Source of the DNA: a virus
UHGV virus genome: UHGV-1363354
DNA length: 40,302 bases
Direction: 5' to 3' (one strand)
This document shows, in pieces, positions 16,062 through 25,172 of the stretch; the first letter of the stretch is position 1, and every line of letters begins with the position of its first letter. A program made the position numbers and the translations under genes. Under the pieces are notes generated by a model. The model was not told where the DNA came from, searched no databases, and worked only from the letters and a program-made list of their open reading frames with translations.

Positions 16062-16325
16062 ATGCCTAAACCTAAACTGAGAAAGGCCGGCCGGGAGCTG
16101 GTAGAAAAATACGGGTCACTCTCCGCGGCCCCGGATGAGGCGCTCGCTGCCGTTACTAAGCGTTGCAACGGCCCGTGTCGTAAGCGCAAGCCATTAAGCG
16201 AGTTCCACCGTTACAGCGGGCGCAGCGTGGACGGTTTCCGCGCGGTCTGCAAACAATGCCGCCGGGAAGCCGAGCGCGAGCGCCAGCGGATCAAGAGAAA
16301 CCCGGTACAGGAAGAAACAGAATGA
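16062..16325 (+). CDS. Small zinc-finger protein (CNGPC...CKQC)
   Basis: RBS TAAGGAGG. The motif TTTAGTATGTTGGTTGC lies just upstream. Confidence 0.45.
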   Translation: MPKPKLRKAGRELVEKYGSLSAAPDEALAAVTKRCNGPCRKRKPLSEFHRYSGRSVDGFRAVCKQCRREAERERQRIKRNPVQEETE

Positions 16326-16501
16326 GAGTTTTAGCGGGAGCAATCAAACGTGGCGACGTGCTACAGGTTGGTGATGTTCTGGAAACTGTTTTCGATGCAT
16401 TCCGGTCACTCGACGCGCAGAAACAGGAGATCCGCGTTATCCAATTCGAGAGCGGGACCGTCATGATCCTGGAATATTCCGACATCGTGGAGCGCGTATG
16501 A
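16322..16501 (+). CDS. Hypothetical small protein (about 59 aa)
   Basis: ATGA-coupled to the upstream gene. Start MRVLAGAIKRGD. Confidence 0.35.
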   Translation: MRVLAGAIKRGDVLQVGDVLETVFDAFRSLDAQKQEIRVIQFESGTVMILEYSDIVERV

Positions 16502-16995
16502 AAAAACGGATAAATCTGGACCGCATAAAGAGCCTACTTAAGTATGACCCGAAGACTGGTATTTTTACTCGGCTTGTCTCTGTTAAAGGTCGAAACGCGG
16601 GTGATATTGCTGGATGTCTGTCGGACAGCGGATATGTAAATATCGTTGTTGATGGCGTGCGATTGAAAGGCCATCGTCTCGCGTGGGCTTTTGTCCACGG
16701 ATTCTATCCTGAATTCGAGATCGACCACAAAGATCGCAATCGGTCTAATAACGCTATTGACAATTTAAGACCTGCGACGCGAAGTCAGCAGATAGTAAAC
16801 CGCGATACTTCCGCCAGGAATACAAGTGGGGCGAAAGGGGTGTACATGCTGCCTTCCGGACGCTGGCGGGCTCGAATTTGTAAGGGCCGGAATTATATTC
16901 ATCTCGGTTATTTCGACTCCATGGCGGAGGCTGAATCAGTTTACAAAAAAGCCGCTTCTGAATTGTTCGGGGAGTTCGCCGATGTCACGATTTAA
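16498..16995 (+). CDS. HNH homing endonuclease with C-terminal AP2 DNA-binding domain (free-standing mobile endonuclease)
   Basis: HRLAWAFVHGFYPEFEIDHKDRNRSNNAIDNLR (HNH motif) plus SGAKGVYMLPSGRWRARICKGRNYIHLGYFDSMAEAESVYKKA (AP2 domain). Inserted immediately upstream of the helicase gene, overlapping its start. Confidence 0.8.
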   Translation: MKKRINLDRIKSLLKYDPKTGIFTRLVSVKGRNAGDIAGCLSDSGYVNIVVDGVRLKGHRLAWAFVHGFYPEFEIDHKDRNRSNNAIDNLRPATRSQQIVNRDTSARNTSGAKGVYMLPSGRWRARICKGRNYIHLGYFDSMAEAESVYKKAASELFGEFADVTI

Positions 16996-18403
16996 GCGAC
17001 GCCCTTACCAGCGGCAGATTACCCAATTCATGCTATCGCGTCCGCGTTGCAATATCTACGCGACTATGGGATCAGGAAAAACGAGCGCGACAATGTGGAC
17101 CCTGGACCGCCTGTTTCAGACTGGCGATCTCGTAGACGGCGAAGACCGCGTGCTTATCCTGGCGCCGCTGCGCGTCGCGTCCGGCACCTGGCCGGCCGAA
17201 CAGGAGAAATGGCAATTCCCTAACCTGCGCGTCGGTGACGCCACTGGCCCGGCCGCGCACCGCGTCGCCACGCTGGAAGAAGATTTTAACGTCATATGCC
17301 TTAATTACGAGTGCATAGAGTGGTTGACCGGGCTTTATGGTCCGGACGACTGGCCGTTTACCGTTATCGTTGCCGATGAGTCAACCAAGCTGAAATCGTA
17401 CAGGTCAAAGAGCGGCGGCAGCAAACGTGCGAAGGCATTAAGCCGGGTAGCATGGGGCCGCGTTAAGCGCTTCATCAATCTGACCGGTACGCCGTCGCCT
17501 AACGGGTTAAAGGACCTGTGGGGGCAAAACTGGTTTATCGACGCCGGCGAGCGCCTCGGGACGTCCTACGCGGCGTTTACTGATCGCTGGTTCATCACCG
17601 AGTCAAAAGGCGACCACCACGCCGCGAAGGGATACCGTCCGCGCAAAGGTGCCGACGATGAGATCCACCGGGCAATGAAAGATATTTCGTTGACGGTTGA
17701 CGCCGCCGAGTTCTTCGGCTGCGAAGAGCCAGTGCTTGTCCCGGTGCTGGTAGACCTGCCGAAGAAAGCCCGCAAGATTTATGACCAGATGGAAAAGGAG
17801 CTTTTCGCGGAACTGGAGAACGGCGAGGTAGAAGCGGCCAATGCGGCAGCCCGCACGTCCAAATGCCTGCAGATCGCCAGCGGCGCGGTATACGTCACCA
17901 ATGAAGACGGCGAGCGCTCCACCGAGTGGGAGAAAATCCACGATGCTAAATTGGACGCGCTGGACTCCATTATAGACGAGCTGGCGGGCGCCCCGCTTCT
18001 GGTGGCCTACCAGTACCGGCACGACCTGGCGCGCATCAAAAAACGGTTCCCGTTCGCCGAGGACCTTAAAAAAGGCGCTGCCGGTAATAAGCAGATCGAC
18101 CGCTGGAACGCAGGCAAGATCGACGTGTTGCTGGTCCACCCGGCATCGGCGGGTCATGGCCTTAACCTGCAGGATGGTGGCTGTCACCTGGCCTTCTTTA
18201 GTCCAACCTGGAATTTTGAGCATCACGCCCAGGTTATAGAACGTATAGGCCCGGTCCGCCAGATGCAATCCGGCCACCCGCGCCCTGTGTTTATCTATCT
18301 CATCCAGGCAAAAGGTACGTTAGATGAAGCTGTTGTTTCGCGTACCAGCGATAAAAAGTCAGTCCAGGATGTGCTAATGGAATACATGAAGAGGAAGAAA
18401 TGA
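16982..18403 (+). CDS. SNF2-family (SF2) DNA helicase
   Basis: LILAPLRVASGTWPAEQEKW, Walker B/DEAH-like VIVADESTKLKS, C-terminal helicase motifs. The track ORF begins at 16826; the likely start is MSRFKRRPYQRQ near 16982. Confidence 0.85.
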   Translation: MSRFKRRPYQRQITQFMLSRPRCNIYATMGSGKTSATMWTLDRLFQTGDLVDGEDRVLILAPLRVASGTWPAEQEKWQFPNLRVGDATGPAAHRVATLEEDFNVICLNYECIEWLTGLYGPDDWPFTVIVADESTKLKSYRSKSGGSKRAKALSRVAWGRVKRFINLTGTPSPNGLKDLWGQNWFIDAGERLGTSYAAFTDRWFITESKGDHHAAKGYRPRKGADDEIHRAMKDISLTVDAAEFFGCEEPVLVPVLVDLPKKARKIYDQMEKELFAELENGEVEAANAAARTSKCLQIASGAVYVTNEDGERSTEWEKIHDAKLDALDSIIDELAGAPLLVAYQYRHDLARIKKRFPFAEDLKKGAAGNKQIDRWNAGKIDVLLVHPASAGHGLNLQDGGCHLAFFSPTWNFEHHAQVIERIGPVRQMQSGHPRPVFIYLIQAKGTLDEAVVSRTSDKKSVQDVLMEYMKRKK

Positions 18404-18897
18404 GAGATCATTTGCTGTTGCGCGGGCTTGACCCGTCTTTATACCGCGTCTGGTTGTCGGATACGTGCGCCACCTTTCCTTTGTGGGGCTTCGATGGTCG
18501 TTTAAGAGGTTTCCAGCAGTACCGGCCTTCTGCACCAAAGAAAAGCGAAAGGCCGTCAGAAGGGAGGTACTTCACATGGTCGAGTGCTCCCTCTGTGTGG
18601 GGGCTGGATACGCTACCCAGCCACGGCGTTGTGTTTGTTTGTGAAAGTATCTTCAAGGCCGTGGCGGCACATCGCGCGGGGTTCAACGCGATATCCGCCA
18701 ATGGGTCGTCGCTGGCTCCATCTTTGCAGGGTCAAATGATGCTTATGACGCAATACCGGTTTATCTGTGTCGGGGACGATGACGCGGCCGGGCTAAAATT
18801 CAGCAAAACATTCGGCAAGGGTGCTACCGCTCCAGACCTCGACGAATTACCTTTGTGTTTAGTACAAAAGTTACTAACGGAAGCGTGCTATGGCTGA
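18400..18897 (+). CDS. TOPRIM-like domain protein (putative primase/nuclease-related)
   Basis: Conserved Glu (VFVCESIFKA) followed by DxD (ICVGDDDAAG) with TOPRIM-like spacing. Confidence 0.35.
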   Translation: MRDHLLLRGLDPSLYRVWLSDTCATFPLWGFDGRLRGFQQYRPSAPKKSERPSEGRYFTWSSAPSVWGLDTLPSHGVVFVCESIFKAVAAHRAGFNAISANGSSLAPSLQGQMMLMTQYRFICVGDDDAAGLKFSKTFGKGATAPDLDELPLCLVQKLLTEACYG

Positions 18898-19381
18898 CAA
18901 ATCAAACACGGCTCCGGAGGATAAGGACTGCTGGCGCTCACCACCGGAGATATTCGAGCCGCTGAATGAGCGGTTTAATTTCCGCTATGACATGGCGGCA
19001 GCAGATCACAATGCACTTTGCGCACGGTACTACACGGAACAGAATAGCGCCCTGGGTATCGAGTGGCCCGCAGCATGGAAATGGTGTAACCCGCCATACT
19101 CGAAGCCGCTGCCTTGGTTCCAGCACGCCGCGCAGTACCGGAAAACGGTGTTGCTCCTGCACCTGGCCGTCGCTACGCAGTGGATGGATATTGCGCGCCG
19201 GGAGGCGAATACCATCATTCAGCTGACAGAGCGCATTCAGTTTATCCACGCCAGGACCGGCGAGCGCGCGGCGACGAAGAACAACCGCGACTCGGAGATC
19301 ATCATCTTTGGCCGTCGGCCTAACCCTGACGGCGCGCGCATCGTCCAGTGCTCGATCGCGGATATCGCAAAATATCTATAA
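18890..19381 (+). CDS. dam: Phage-type DNA N6-adenine methyltransferase (Dam)
   Basis: DMAAADHNALCARYYT and catalytic NPPY (WCNPPYSK) motifs. Confidence 0.8.
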   Translation: MADKSNTAPEDKDCWRSPPEIFEPLNERFNFRYDMAAADHNALCARYYTEQNSALGIEWPAAWKWCNPPYSKPLPWFQHAAQYRKTVLLLHLAVATQWMDIARREANTIIQLTERIQFIHARTGERAATKNNRDSEIIIFGRRPNPDGARIVQCSIADIAKYL

Positions 19382-19417
19382 ATGTTGGTTGCAATATTAG
19401 CGAAGTCATATTATATT
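19382..19417 (+). promoter_or_regulatory. Promoter (c): ATGTTGGTTGCAAT - 17 - TATATT
   Basis: -35 TTGCAA at 19389-19394 and -10 TATATT at 19412-19417. About 80% identical over 58 bp to the promoter at 35462. Confidence 0.5.
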
Positions 19418-19436
19418 TAGTTCATAGGGCGGCGCG

Positions 19437-19637
19437 GTGCCGCAGATGATCGAGGAAAAGATGATGAAACCAAACCAGAAAGCCGCTTTATGGCGTAAGA
19501 TAGAAGATTACGCCGCTGCAATGGTCGCGGACTCATGGAAAGGGGCCGGGGACCCAGAGGATTATGAATCGCTTGTCCGCGGTCTGGAAGAAGCCAAAAA
19601 CGAATTAAGTAACTATATAGAGAAGTTGTCATCTTAA
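19437..19637 (+). CDS. Hypothetical small protein (66 aa)
   Basis: First gene of the promoter-(c) cassette. Followed by a GGCCCCgcaaGGGGCC hairpin. Confidence 0.45.
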   Translation: MPQMIEEKMMKPNQKAALWRKIEDYAAAMVADSWKGAGDPEDYESLVRGLEEAKNELSNYIEKLSS

Positions 19638-19677
19638 TAACAGGCCCCGCAAGGGGCCACTTGCAGGAGCAAACACA

Positions 19678-19893
19678 ATGAAACGTATTACCGCAATCGC
19701 AATCACTCTGGCCGCCGTCCTGGGCTGCTCGTATGTCGGGTCTGCCGCTGCCGTCACTCCGGTAGAAATGTGCCAGGAGTTAGCCGAAATGGGTGGCGTT
19801 ATCGTTGACGCCCGGAACCGCGGCGATTCGCTGGAAAACGAACCAGCATTATCAACGGCAGCGATATGGTCCCAAGCCTTAAAGCCGGCATGA
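19678..19893 (+). CDS. Small lipoprotein (candidate Cor/Llp-like superinfection-exclusion protein)
   Basis: MKRITAIAITLAAVLGCSY is a signal peptide with an LGC lipobox. Located next to the tail fibre genes. A 35-aa ORF (19890-19997) is ATGA-coupled downstream. Confidence 0.45.
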   Translation: MKRITAIAITLAAVLGCSYVGSAAAVTPVEMCQELAEMGGVIVDARNRGDSLENEPALSTAAIWSQALKPA

Positions 19894-20001
19894 CGCGCAT
19901 CGCCGTTACGATTTACAGCAATCCATCGCTGAAACGCGCCGACGTCGTGGCGTATGGGTTTAAAGGTTGTATCGACGGAATGTCGGATGGTATGTGAGAA
20001 A

Positions 20002-20025
20002 AGGGCCTTGCGGCCCTTTTTTTTA
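20002..20025. terminator. Bidirectional intrinsic terminator between the convergent rightward and leftward operons
   Basis: AAAAGGGCCttgcGGCCCTTTTTTTT. Perfect stem flanked by an A-run and a T8 run. Confidence 0.7.
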
Positions 20026-20277
20026 TATTTCAGAAACGCCATTGTCTTTTCGCAGGGCGTTTATCGACTCCAGTAATTCCGGATATCGGACGCATAAGCC
20101 CCGTATGTAGTCGTAGAAAAAATCATTTCGTCCTTTATTCTCGCCTTTTATGCTCTGGAATGCAGAAAATACCTCATCTTTACTATTTCCGGATAAGAAC
20201 GCGGTGACAATATCATCGACGCTAAATCCGGAGTAACCCGCGATTGGTAAAACAAAATTAATATTCATGACGTCCAC
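20023..20277 (-). CDS. Hypothetical protein downstream of the tailspike (84 aa; possible fibre assembly/accessory protein)
   Basis: Overlaps the tailspike stop. Last gene of the leftward operon. Confidence 0.4.
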   Translation of the reverse strand: MDVMNINFVLPIAGYSGFSVDDIVTAFLSGNSKDEVFSAFQSIKGENKGRNDFFYDYIRGLCVRYPELLESINALRKDNGVSEI

Positions 20278-22568
20278 CTTGCGAAAATCTGAATAGACCT
20301 GTTAGCTGCTGCCGTCAAGGTTAACGCTGGCGCCGAACTTCCCGGCCAGGTTAGCGCCAACGTCTCCGACGAAATGGCGTGCGACACCGAATAAGCCACA
20401 ACCTTTGAAGCGTCTACGGAAGCCACTGTGCCTTTTAAAACCTTAGTTGCGAATTTAGTGCCTTGATAGCTTGATCCATCTGCAAGGCGTAATCCTGCGT
20501 CGATTTCAACGACTCCATGTAATGGCGACAAGCCTCTACTAATACCTATTTGATACGCTACACCAGGAGTGCAATTAAGCAGGATCTCAGACCACATATA
20601 CGTCCCTTGCGAATAAGTAAGGCCAGTGCCTAAGGGTCCGGATTTCTCCCCGAAAGATAATGTGTTAAACCGAGGTACTGATGGCCTGAAATCGTGCGAT
20701 GAAATATCATTCTCAAGCGTCACCTCGCCGGCAGCAAAAGACCCGCTCGCGGTAAGATTTAAACCGGTATAAGTGCCGACGTTGCCAAGAGATAGCCGTC
20801 TAAGATCGTTTAATCCATACTCGAAAACGCCAGCAGACGCCGGGGCGCTGTTATCTTCAACGCGGACTGCGGCAGCTTTAGTATCTGTCTGGTCGCCGTG
20901 TAGGCAAAATATCGCGCGGAAATTGGAGGTAAGGTTGCCGTTTACAGTACCAATCTCTGAGTCATACACGGAGCAAGTAGGGCCGCAGACAAAAGCGTAA
21001 CGATTACCCGAAATAACCATAGGACCAATCTGGGTCCTTGCAAATGAGTTTTGCCCGGTATTAGCACCGTTGATATATTCCCGGTTAAATCGAATAAATT
21101 CGCGGTTATTTGCCGATTTAGGCATAATAAATCGGTTGTTCTCAGACCACGCCGTCATATTAAGCATATGCACCGCCGGTCCGTAAAAACCATCAATGGC
21201 AATAGCGCCATCAAACAACGCATGATTAAGGTCTTCGCAGCGAAGCCCACCAAAAGCGTTCGAATTTTTGTTTACTATACGAAGGTTGTTACAGATTAAA
21301 CTCCCGTGGGCTATCGCAGTCCCTGCCTGCTTAAGTAATATAGGGTAAAACGCTTCTCGGACATCAACCTCGTTAACAACGCAAGCAGTCGGCGTCACCG
21401 AATACGTATCATCCCTTAATTCTAAAACGTGGCTGGTAGCCGTGGCTGTAAATGCGGCATACCTTGCAGCGGGCCCGGATTCATTGGAATTCGATATTGC
21501 TACACCGTCAAGCCGCACGCGGAGAGTACCTTTCGAGGTATATGTCTCAGAAACAACGCTAACCGCGTATTTTTTCCCTACAGTCAGCCCAGTTAATGTT
21601 ATGCTGGCGGACGCTTGTGCGGCGGTAGTACCTGCAAAAACAAGAGTCGACCCCGATAAAGTCACTCCGTTAGCCAGAGTCCATCCGGTAAACGTCTTGT
21701 CATTTAGTATCAGAGATCCGCCATAAGACATAATCTGGGCGCCACTAAAATCGATATATTTATTAGCTTCGTTCACGCTGGCCGTCTTATTCACGGTCAC
21801 TGTTGCGTTGAGGGCGTACTGCCCCCTGCCACCCATTGACATCCCGGCAGCGCCGCGGGTGACCATCTCATTAACACATCTCTGAAAAGCCGCGTAATCT
21901 ATGGATTGCGTTAATGATGTTACAAAAGGGTAATCTACCTGAGCAAGTGCAAGCGAGGCATATCGCTCAGACAATGGATGCACCGTGCCGTCGGCAATAG
22001 CTCCGAAATCGTAAGGAGTCATCTGGAAATTCAGCTTATAACCTACGGTGCCGCGGTTAAATGCCTGTAAAATGCTGTAACCGATAAGCCCTGGGCCCGT
22101 AACCGCGGCCATTTCCTGCCGTAGCGCTGCATCCCCTACGCTTACAAAATGCAATGAGTCCGCGGCCCATGTTGTAGAGTTGGTACCCGTCGTGGTGAAA
22201 GGCGGCGTGGTTGAGGCATTCAGCCGCCACAATTCACCATTGTAGCGTAAAACCTGATTAAGAGACGATAGCGTTATAATCCCGGAGGTATAATCCCCCA
22301 TGAATTGATACCCGGAAGCCAGCAAAAAATTCTGGAAAGCATTTTCTTGCGAGGTTAATTGGTCTTCAAAAGCAAGTTCCGCATCCCGCATAATAGCGGG
22401 CATTGTTTTTTGGTCCTGGTCGGTCACCGGATTATTAGCGGTGTCGATAGCCACCCCGGAAGGGACCCCGCCGGCGTGCCCGGTGATTACTTCGGCCTCG
22501 AAAACCTGGTGTTTTTTGGCCGTTTTCAGATCTTCCAGCGATAAGACGTCGCCGCATCCGCTTGACAT
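20265..22568 (-). CDS. Tailspike / tail fibre with a predicted right-handed beta-helix, a receptor-binding or depolymerase candidate
   Basis: 767 aa. The N-terminal roughly 130 aa are anchor-like. The central region is rich in short N/G/S/T-containing beta-strand repeats (NNLRIVNKNSNAFGG...ISGNRYAFVCG). Confidence 0.65.
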   Translation of the reverse strand: MSSGCGDVLSLEDLKTAKKHQVFEAEVITGHAGGVPSGVAIDTANNPVTDQDQKTMPAIMRDAELAFEDQLTSQENAFQNFLLASGYQFMGDYTSGIITLSSLNQVLRYNGELWRLNASTTPPFTTTGTNSTTWAADSLHFVSVGDAALRQEMAAVTGPGLIGYSILQAFNRGTVGYKLNFQMTPYDFGAIADGTVHPLSERYASLALAQVDYPFVTSLTQSIDYAAFQRCVNEMVTRGAAGMSMGGRGQYALNATVTVNKTASVNEANKYIDFSGAQIMSYGGSLILNDKTFTGWTLANGVTLSGSTLVFAGTTAAQASASITLTGLTVGKKYAVSVVSETYTSKGTLRVRLDGVAISNSNESGPAARYAAFTATATSHVLELRDDTYSVTPTACVVNEVDVREAFYPILLKQAGTAIAHGSLICNNLRIVNKNSNAFGGLRCEDLNHALFDGAIAIDGFYGPAVHMLNMTAWSENNRFIMPKSANNREFIRFNREYINGANTGQNSFARTQIGPMVISGNRYAFVCGPTCSVYDSEIGTVNGNLTSNFRAIFCLHGDQTDTKAAAVRVEDNSAPASAGVFEYGLNDLRRLSLGNVGTYTGLNLTASGSFAAGEVTLENDISSHDFRPSVPRFNTLSFGEKSGPLGTGLTYSQGTYMWSEILLNCTPGVAYQIGISRGLSPLHGVVEIDAGLRLADGSSYQGTKFATKVLKGTVASVDASKVVAYSVSHAISSETLALTWPGSSAPALTLTAAANRSIQIFARWTS

Positions 22569-22580
22569 ATCAGAATCCTC

Positions 22581-25172
22581 TTATGAAAAACCAGTATCAA
22601 AACCGGTGCTAAACGCCCGCCCGAACGGCGACACGCCATCTTTTTCGTAGTATCCGTCGGAGTAATTGTAACCGGTAATCACCACGGTACGATTATTACC
22701 CGGAGTCACGGTACTAACCAATATCATCTGCGCGGAATGCCGCGCATCGCTGCCGAAGGAAAACTCGGTCTTTAGTGCATCGTTACCAGTATAAATGGAT
22801 TCAGCTGGCGCGGAAAGCATAACCACTTCCTGCGCGTTAGCCCCTGGCGTAACAGCGACGCTTTGCACCGACCCGTCGCGCTTTTTGAGTATGATCGAAT
22901 GGTCTTCGCCAGGCGTAAATTCCACCGGTTGCGAAAGCGTAAGCGTAAGGCCGTTTACCGCAATAACGTATCCATCGAACGGCGCAACGCGCGACCCTTT
23001 AACCACGCTTATCGGGCGCCCGGGAACCGCAAGCGCACCCTCTTCCAGCGCTGTAAATTCAACGGCAACGCGGTTAAGGCTATTGCGCTGATACCGGCGC
23101 CAGGCGTGCCAGTAGGCTTGTTGGTAATTGCGGATACCCTTTGAGTCGTAGGTGTCTGTTTTAACGCCGCCGGTCTCCGGGATCTGGATGGTTTCCTTGA
23201 TGTTGGTATCCGGGTCAATGTAGCTGAATTTAAGCGAGTCATAGGCCGTGCGGTCGTTAAACTGCCGTGTCCACTTCTCGCCGGACGGCGCTTTACTGCG
23301 ATGCGTGAACACCATTTCAGGCCCGGCCCGCGGGCGTTCCAGGTCAAGATAAATGCTGTGCCCCCGGCGCGACGCCGAACAGAAAATGGCCTCGGCTATC
23401 GTGGTGATGATGTCCTGTGCCGTCGTCTCGTAGGAGTCGAACGTGTAGCAGAATTGCCCGGCAAGCGGCGTGCCGAAGTATGCCTCGACCTCGGCTTGCG
23501 TGGCGATCAGTTTATCCATGTTCGCCGCGGTGAGATTCAGGTTGCCCACCACCGGATCACGCATCAACCGGATAAGAGATTGCACCGCCTGTGTATTTTC
23601 GGTGAGCACCGTATCAAACACCCCACCGCCAAGGTATTTATAAAGCTTCTCGGTTACGATGAGCGCCAGTTTCGGCGATTTAACCGAGGTGGCGCGCGGC
23701 GTCTGCTTGCGCGCTGTGTGAACGGTTGTTCGGTTGCCGTAATCATGCGATCGGTCTTGCACCTGGCCGTAAAGCGCATCGTATTTTATTTCGTCGACGA
23801 CCTGGCCCTCGAAGTCGAAATCTACATCCGTCACCCGGCGCGCCCGGACACGCACGCGGGATGCAAACGGCAGATCCGCGATAATGCTAACGCCGGTTGA
23901 GTTTGACGATCTGCCCGATACGGTTCCCTGCACCGCGTAAACATCGCCATATGGCGTGTTGTTCTGATCAAGCAGCTGATATTGTACCTCGGCGGTTACG
24001 CTGGCCGGCTTTTTGCTACTGCTGCCGTTGTCCTTGTACATGCCGTTATCCGCGCTGATATTCACCAGGACACGCTCGCACTCCAGACTGGTGATAGACA
24101 CCCAATCGGTTAAACTCTTTTCCACGGTGTTTACCGGGCCGATCTCGGCGGCATTCCCGGCCGGGTCCGCGGCGTTCACCTGATTAACCGTCGGGCTGAT
24201 CACCTGCCAGGCTGACAGGTTACCAGAGACATCCAGAACGATGTCGACCTCGCTAACCGAAATAACCGGGTAATAGCCGTCCAGGTATGGATCCGGGCCG
24301 CCGGGGTCATTCAGCGTGACGTTAGCCAGCCGTGCCGTGTCCCCGGCTTCCAGGTATGCGTTAAAGGCCGCGTTACCCGAAGCGTCGGTGATAGTCCCCG
24401 TGGTGCCAGAAAGCGACGCTATCGTGCCGCCGTCGCCGGTAATACTGGCGTTAAGGTCGTTGGGGGCCTTTAACGTCTGGCCGTCGATCTCATTCGACAC
24501 GTAGGTGATGAACAGCGGTTCGGTAATCGGGTCGCCTACCAACGTTTGCGGAGCGTCGCCGCTGTTCGGCGAAGTGTACGGCGCGTATACGGCAGCCGAG
24601 GACCCGGTAATCTCCGAAAGCAGTGTGTCTCCGTCCGTGATGCCGCTCGCCGGCGTCGACATAGGCCCGCGGCCGACGTCGTAATAACCGAACTCGATAA
24701 CCTGGCCAGCGCTGTTATAGAGTTGGTAGCTGTTCATAAGGACCGCCGGAATACTTTGCACCGTGCCGCAAATATCGTAAGTGCGCTCGTAAGGGCGGGC
24801 CTTGTTCGTGCGGTCCGTTAGACTGTTATTCGGGCTTTCCGCCTGCTGGTTAGACAGCCCTGCCGACACTGACGTTTTTTGTGATGGCATTAACAGTTTC
24901 AGAATGGGATTAAGAATTTTCCCAACGAAACTGAAAACGGCGCCCACTGCACCTCCGCCCGGCGACTCAACGACGTAATACTCGGCATTAAGTTCGAGGC
25001 GATCGAAATCTTCGGTCACATCGTTATCTTCGCCTATGCTGCCGATGTATACCCGGAACGGGACGCCGTCCGGGATGTGCTGTAGCACGATCCGCATCGG
25101 CGAGGCCCAAAAACTTTTCGTCTGAAATTCGCCGTTGTCGTCGCGCGTGATTAAGTGTGTTTTCATCGCCAA
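22581..25172 (-). CDS. Central tail tip / host-specificity protein (lambda J-like)
   Basis: 863 aa, directly downstream of the K/L/M-like genes and upstream of the tailspike. Confidence 0.6.
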   Translation of the reverse strand: MAMKTHLITRDDNGEFQTKSFWASPMRIVLQHIPDGVPFRVYIGSIGEDNDVTEDFDRLELNAEYYVVESPGGGAVGAVFSFVGKILNPILKLLMPSQKTSVSAGLSNQQAESPNNSLTDRTNKARPYERTYDICGTVQSIPAVLMNSYQLYNSAGQVIEFGYYDVGRGPMSTPASGITDGDTLLSEITGSSAAVYAPYTSPNSGDAPQTLVGDPITEPLFITYVSNEIDGQTLKAPNDLNASITGDGGTIASLSGTTGTITDASGNAAFNAYLEAGDTARLANVTLNDPGGPDPYLDGYYPVISVSEVDIVLDVSGNLSAWQVISPTVNQVNAADPAGNAAEIGPVNTVEKSLTDWVSITSLECERVLVNISADNGMYKDNGSSSKKPASVTAEVQYQLLDQNNTPYGDVYAVQGTVSGRSSNSTGVSIIADLPFASRVRVRARRVTDVDFDFEGQVVDEIKYDALYGQVQDRSHDYGNRTTVHTARKQTPRATSVKSPKLALIVTEKLYKYLGGGVFDTVLTENTQAVQSLIRLMRDPVVGNLNLTAANMDKLIATQAEVEAYFGTPLAGQFCYTFDSYETTAQDIITTIAEAIFCSASRRGHSIYLDLERPRAGPEMVFTHRSKAPSGEKWTRQFNDRTAYDSLKFSYIDPDTNIKETIQIPETGGVKTDTYDSKGIRNYQQAYWHAWRRYQRNSLNRVAVEFTALEEGALAVPGRPISVVKGSRVAPFDGYVIAVNGLTLTLSQPVEFTPGEDHSIILKKRDGSVQSVAVTPGANAQEVVMLSAPAESIYTGNDALKTEFSFGSDARHSAQMILVSTVTPGNNRTVVITGYNYSDGYYEKDGVSPFGRAFSTGFDTGFS

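Noticed and set aside
17603-18277. 224-aa minus-strand ORF
   Set aside because: Antisense within the SNF2 helicase gene. No RBS and no domain.
23301-23900. 199-aa plus-strand ORF
   Set aside because: Antisense within the J-like tail tip gene.
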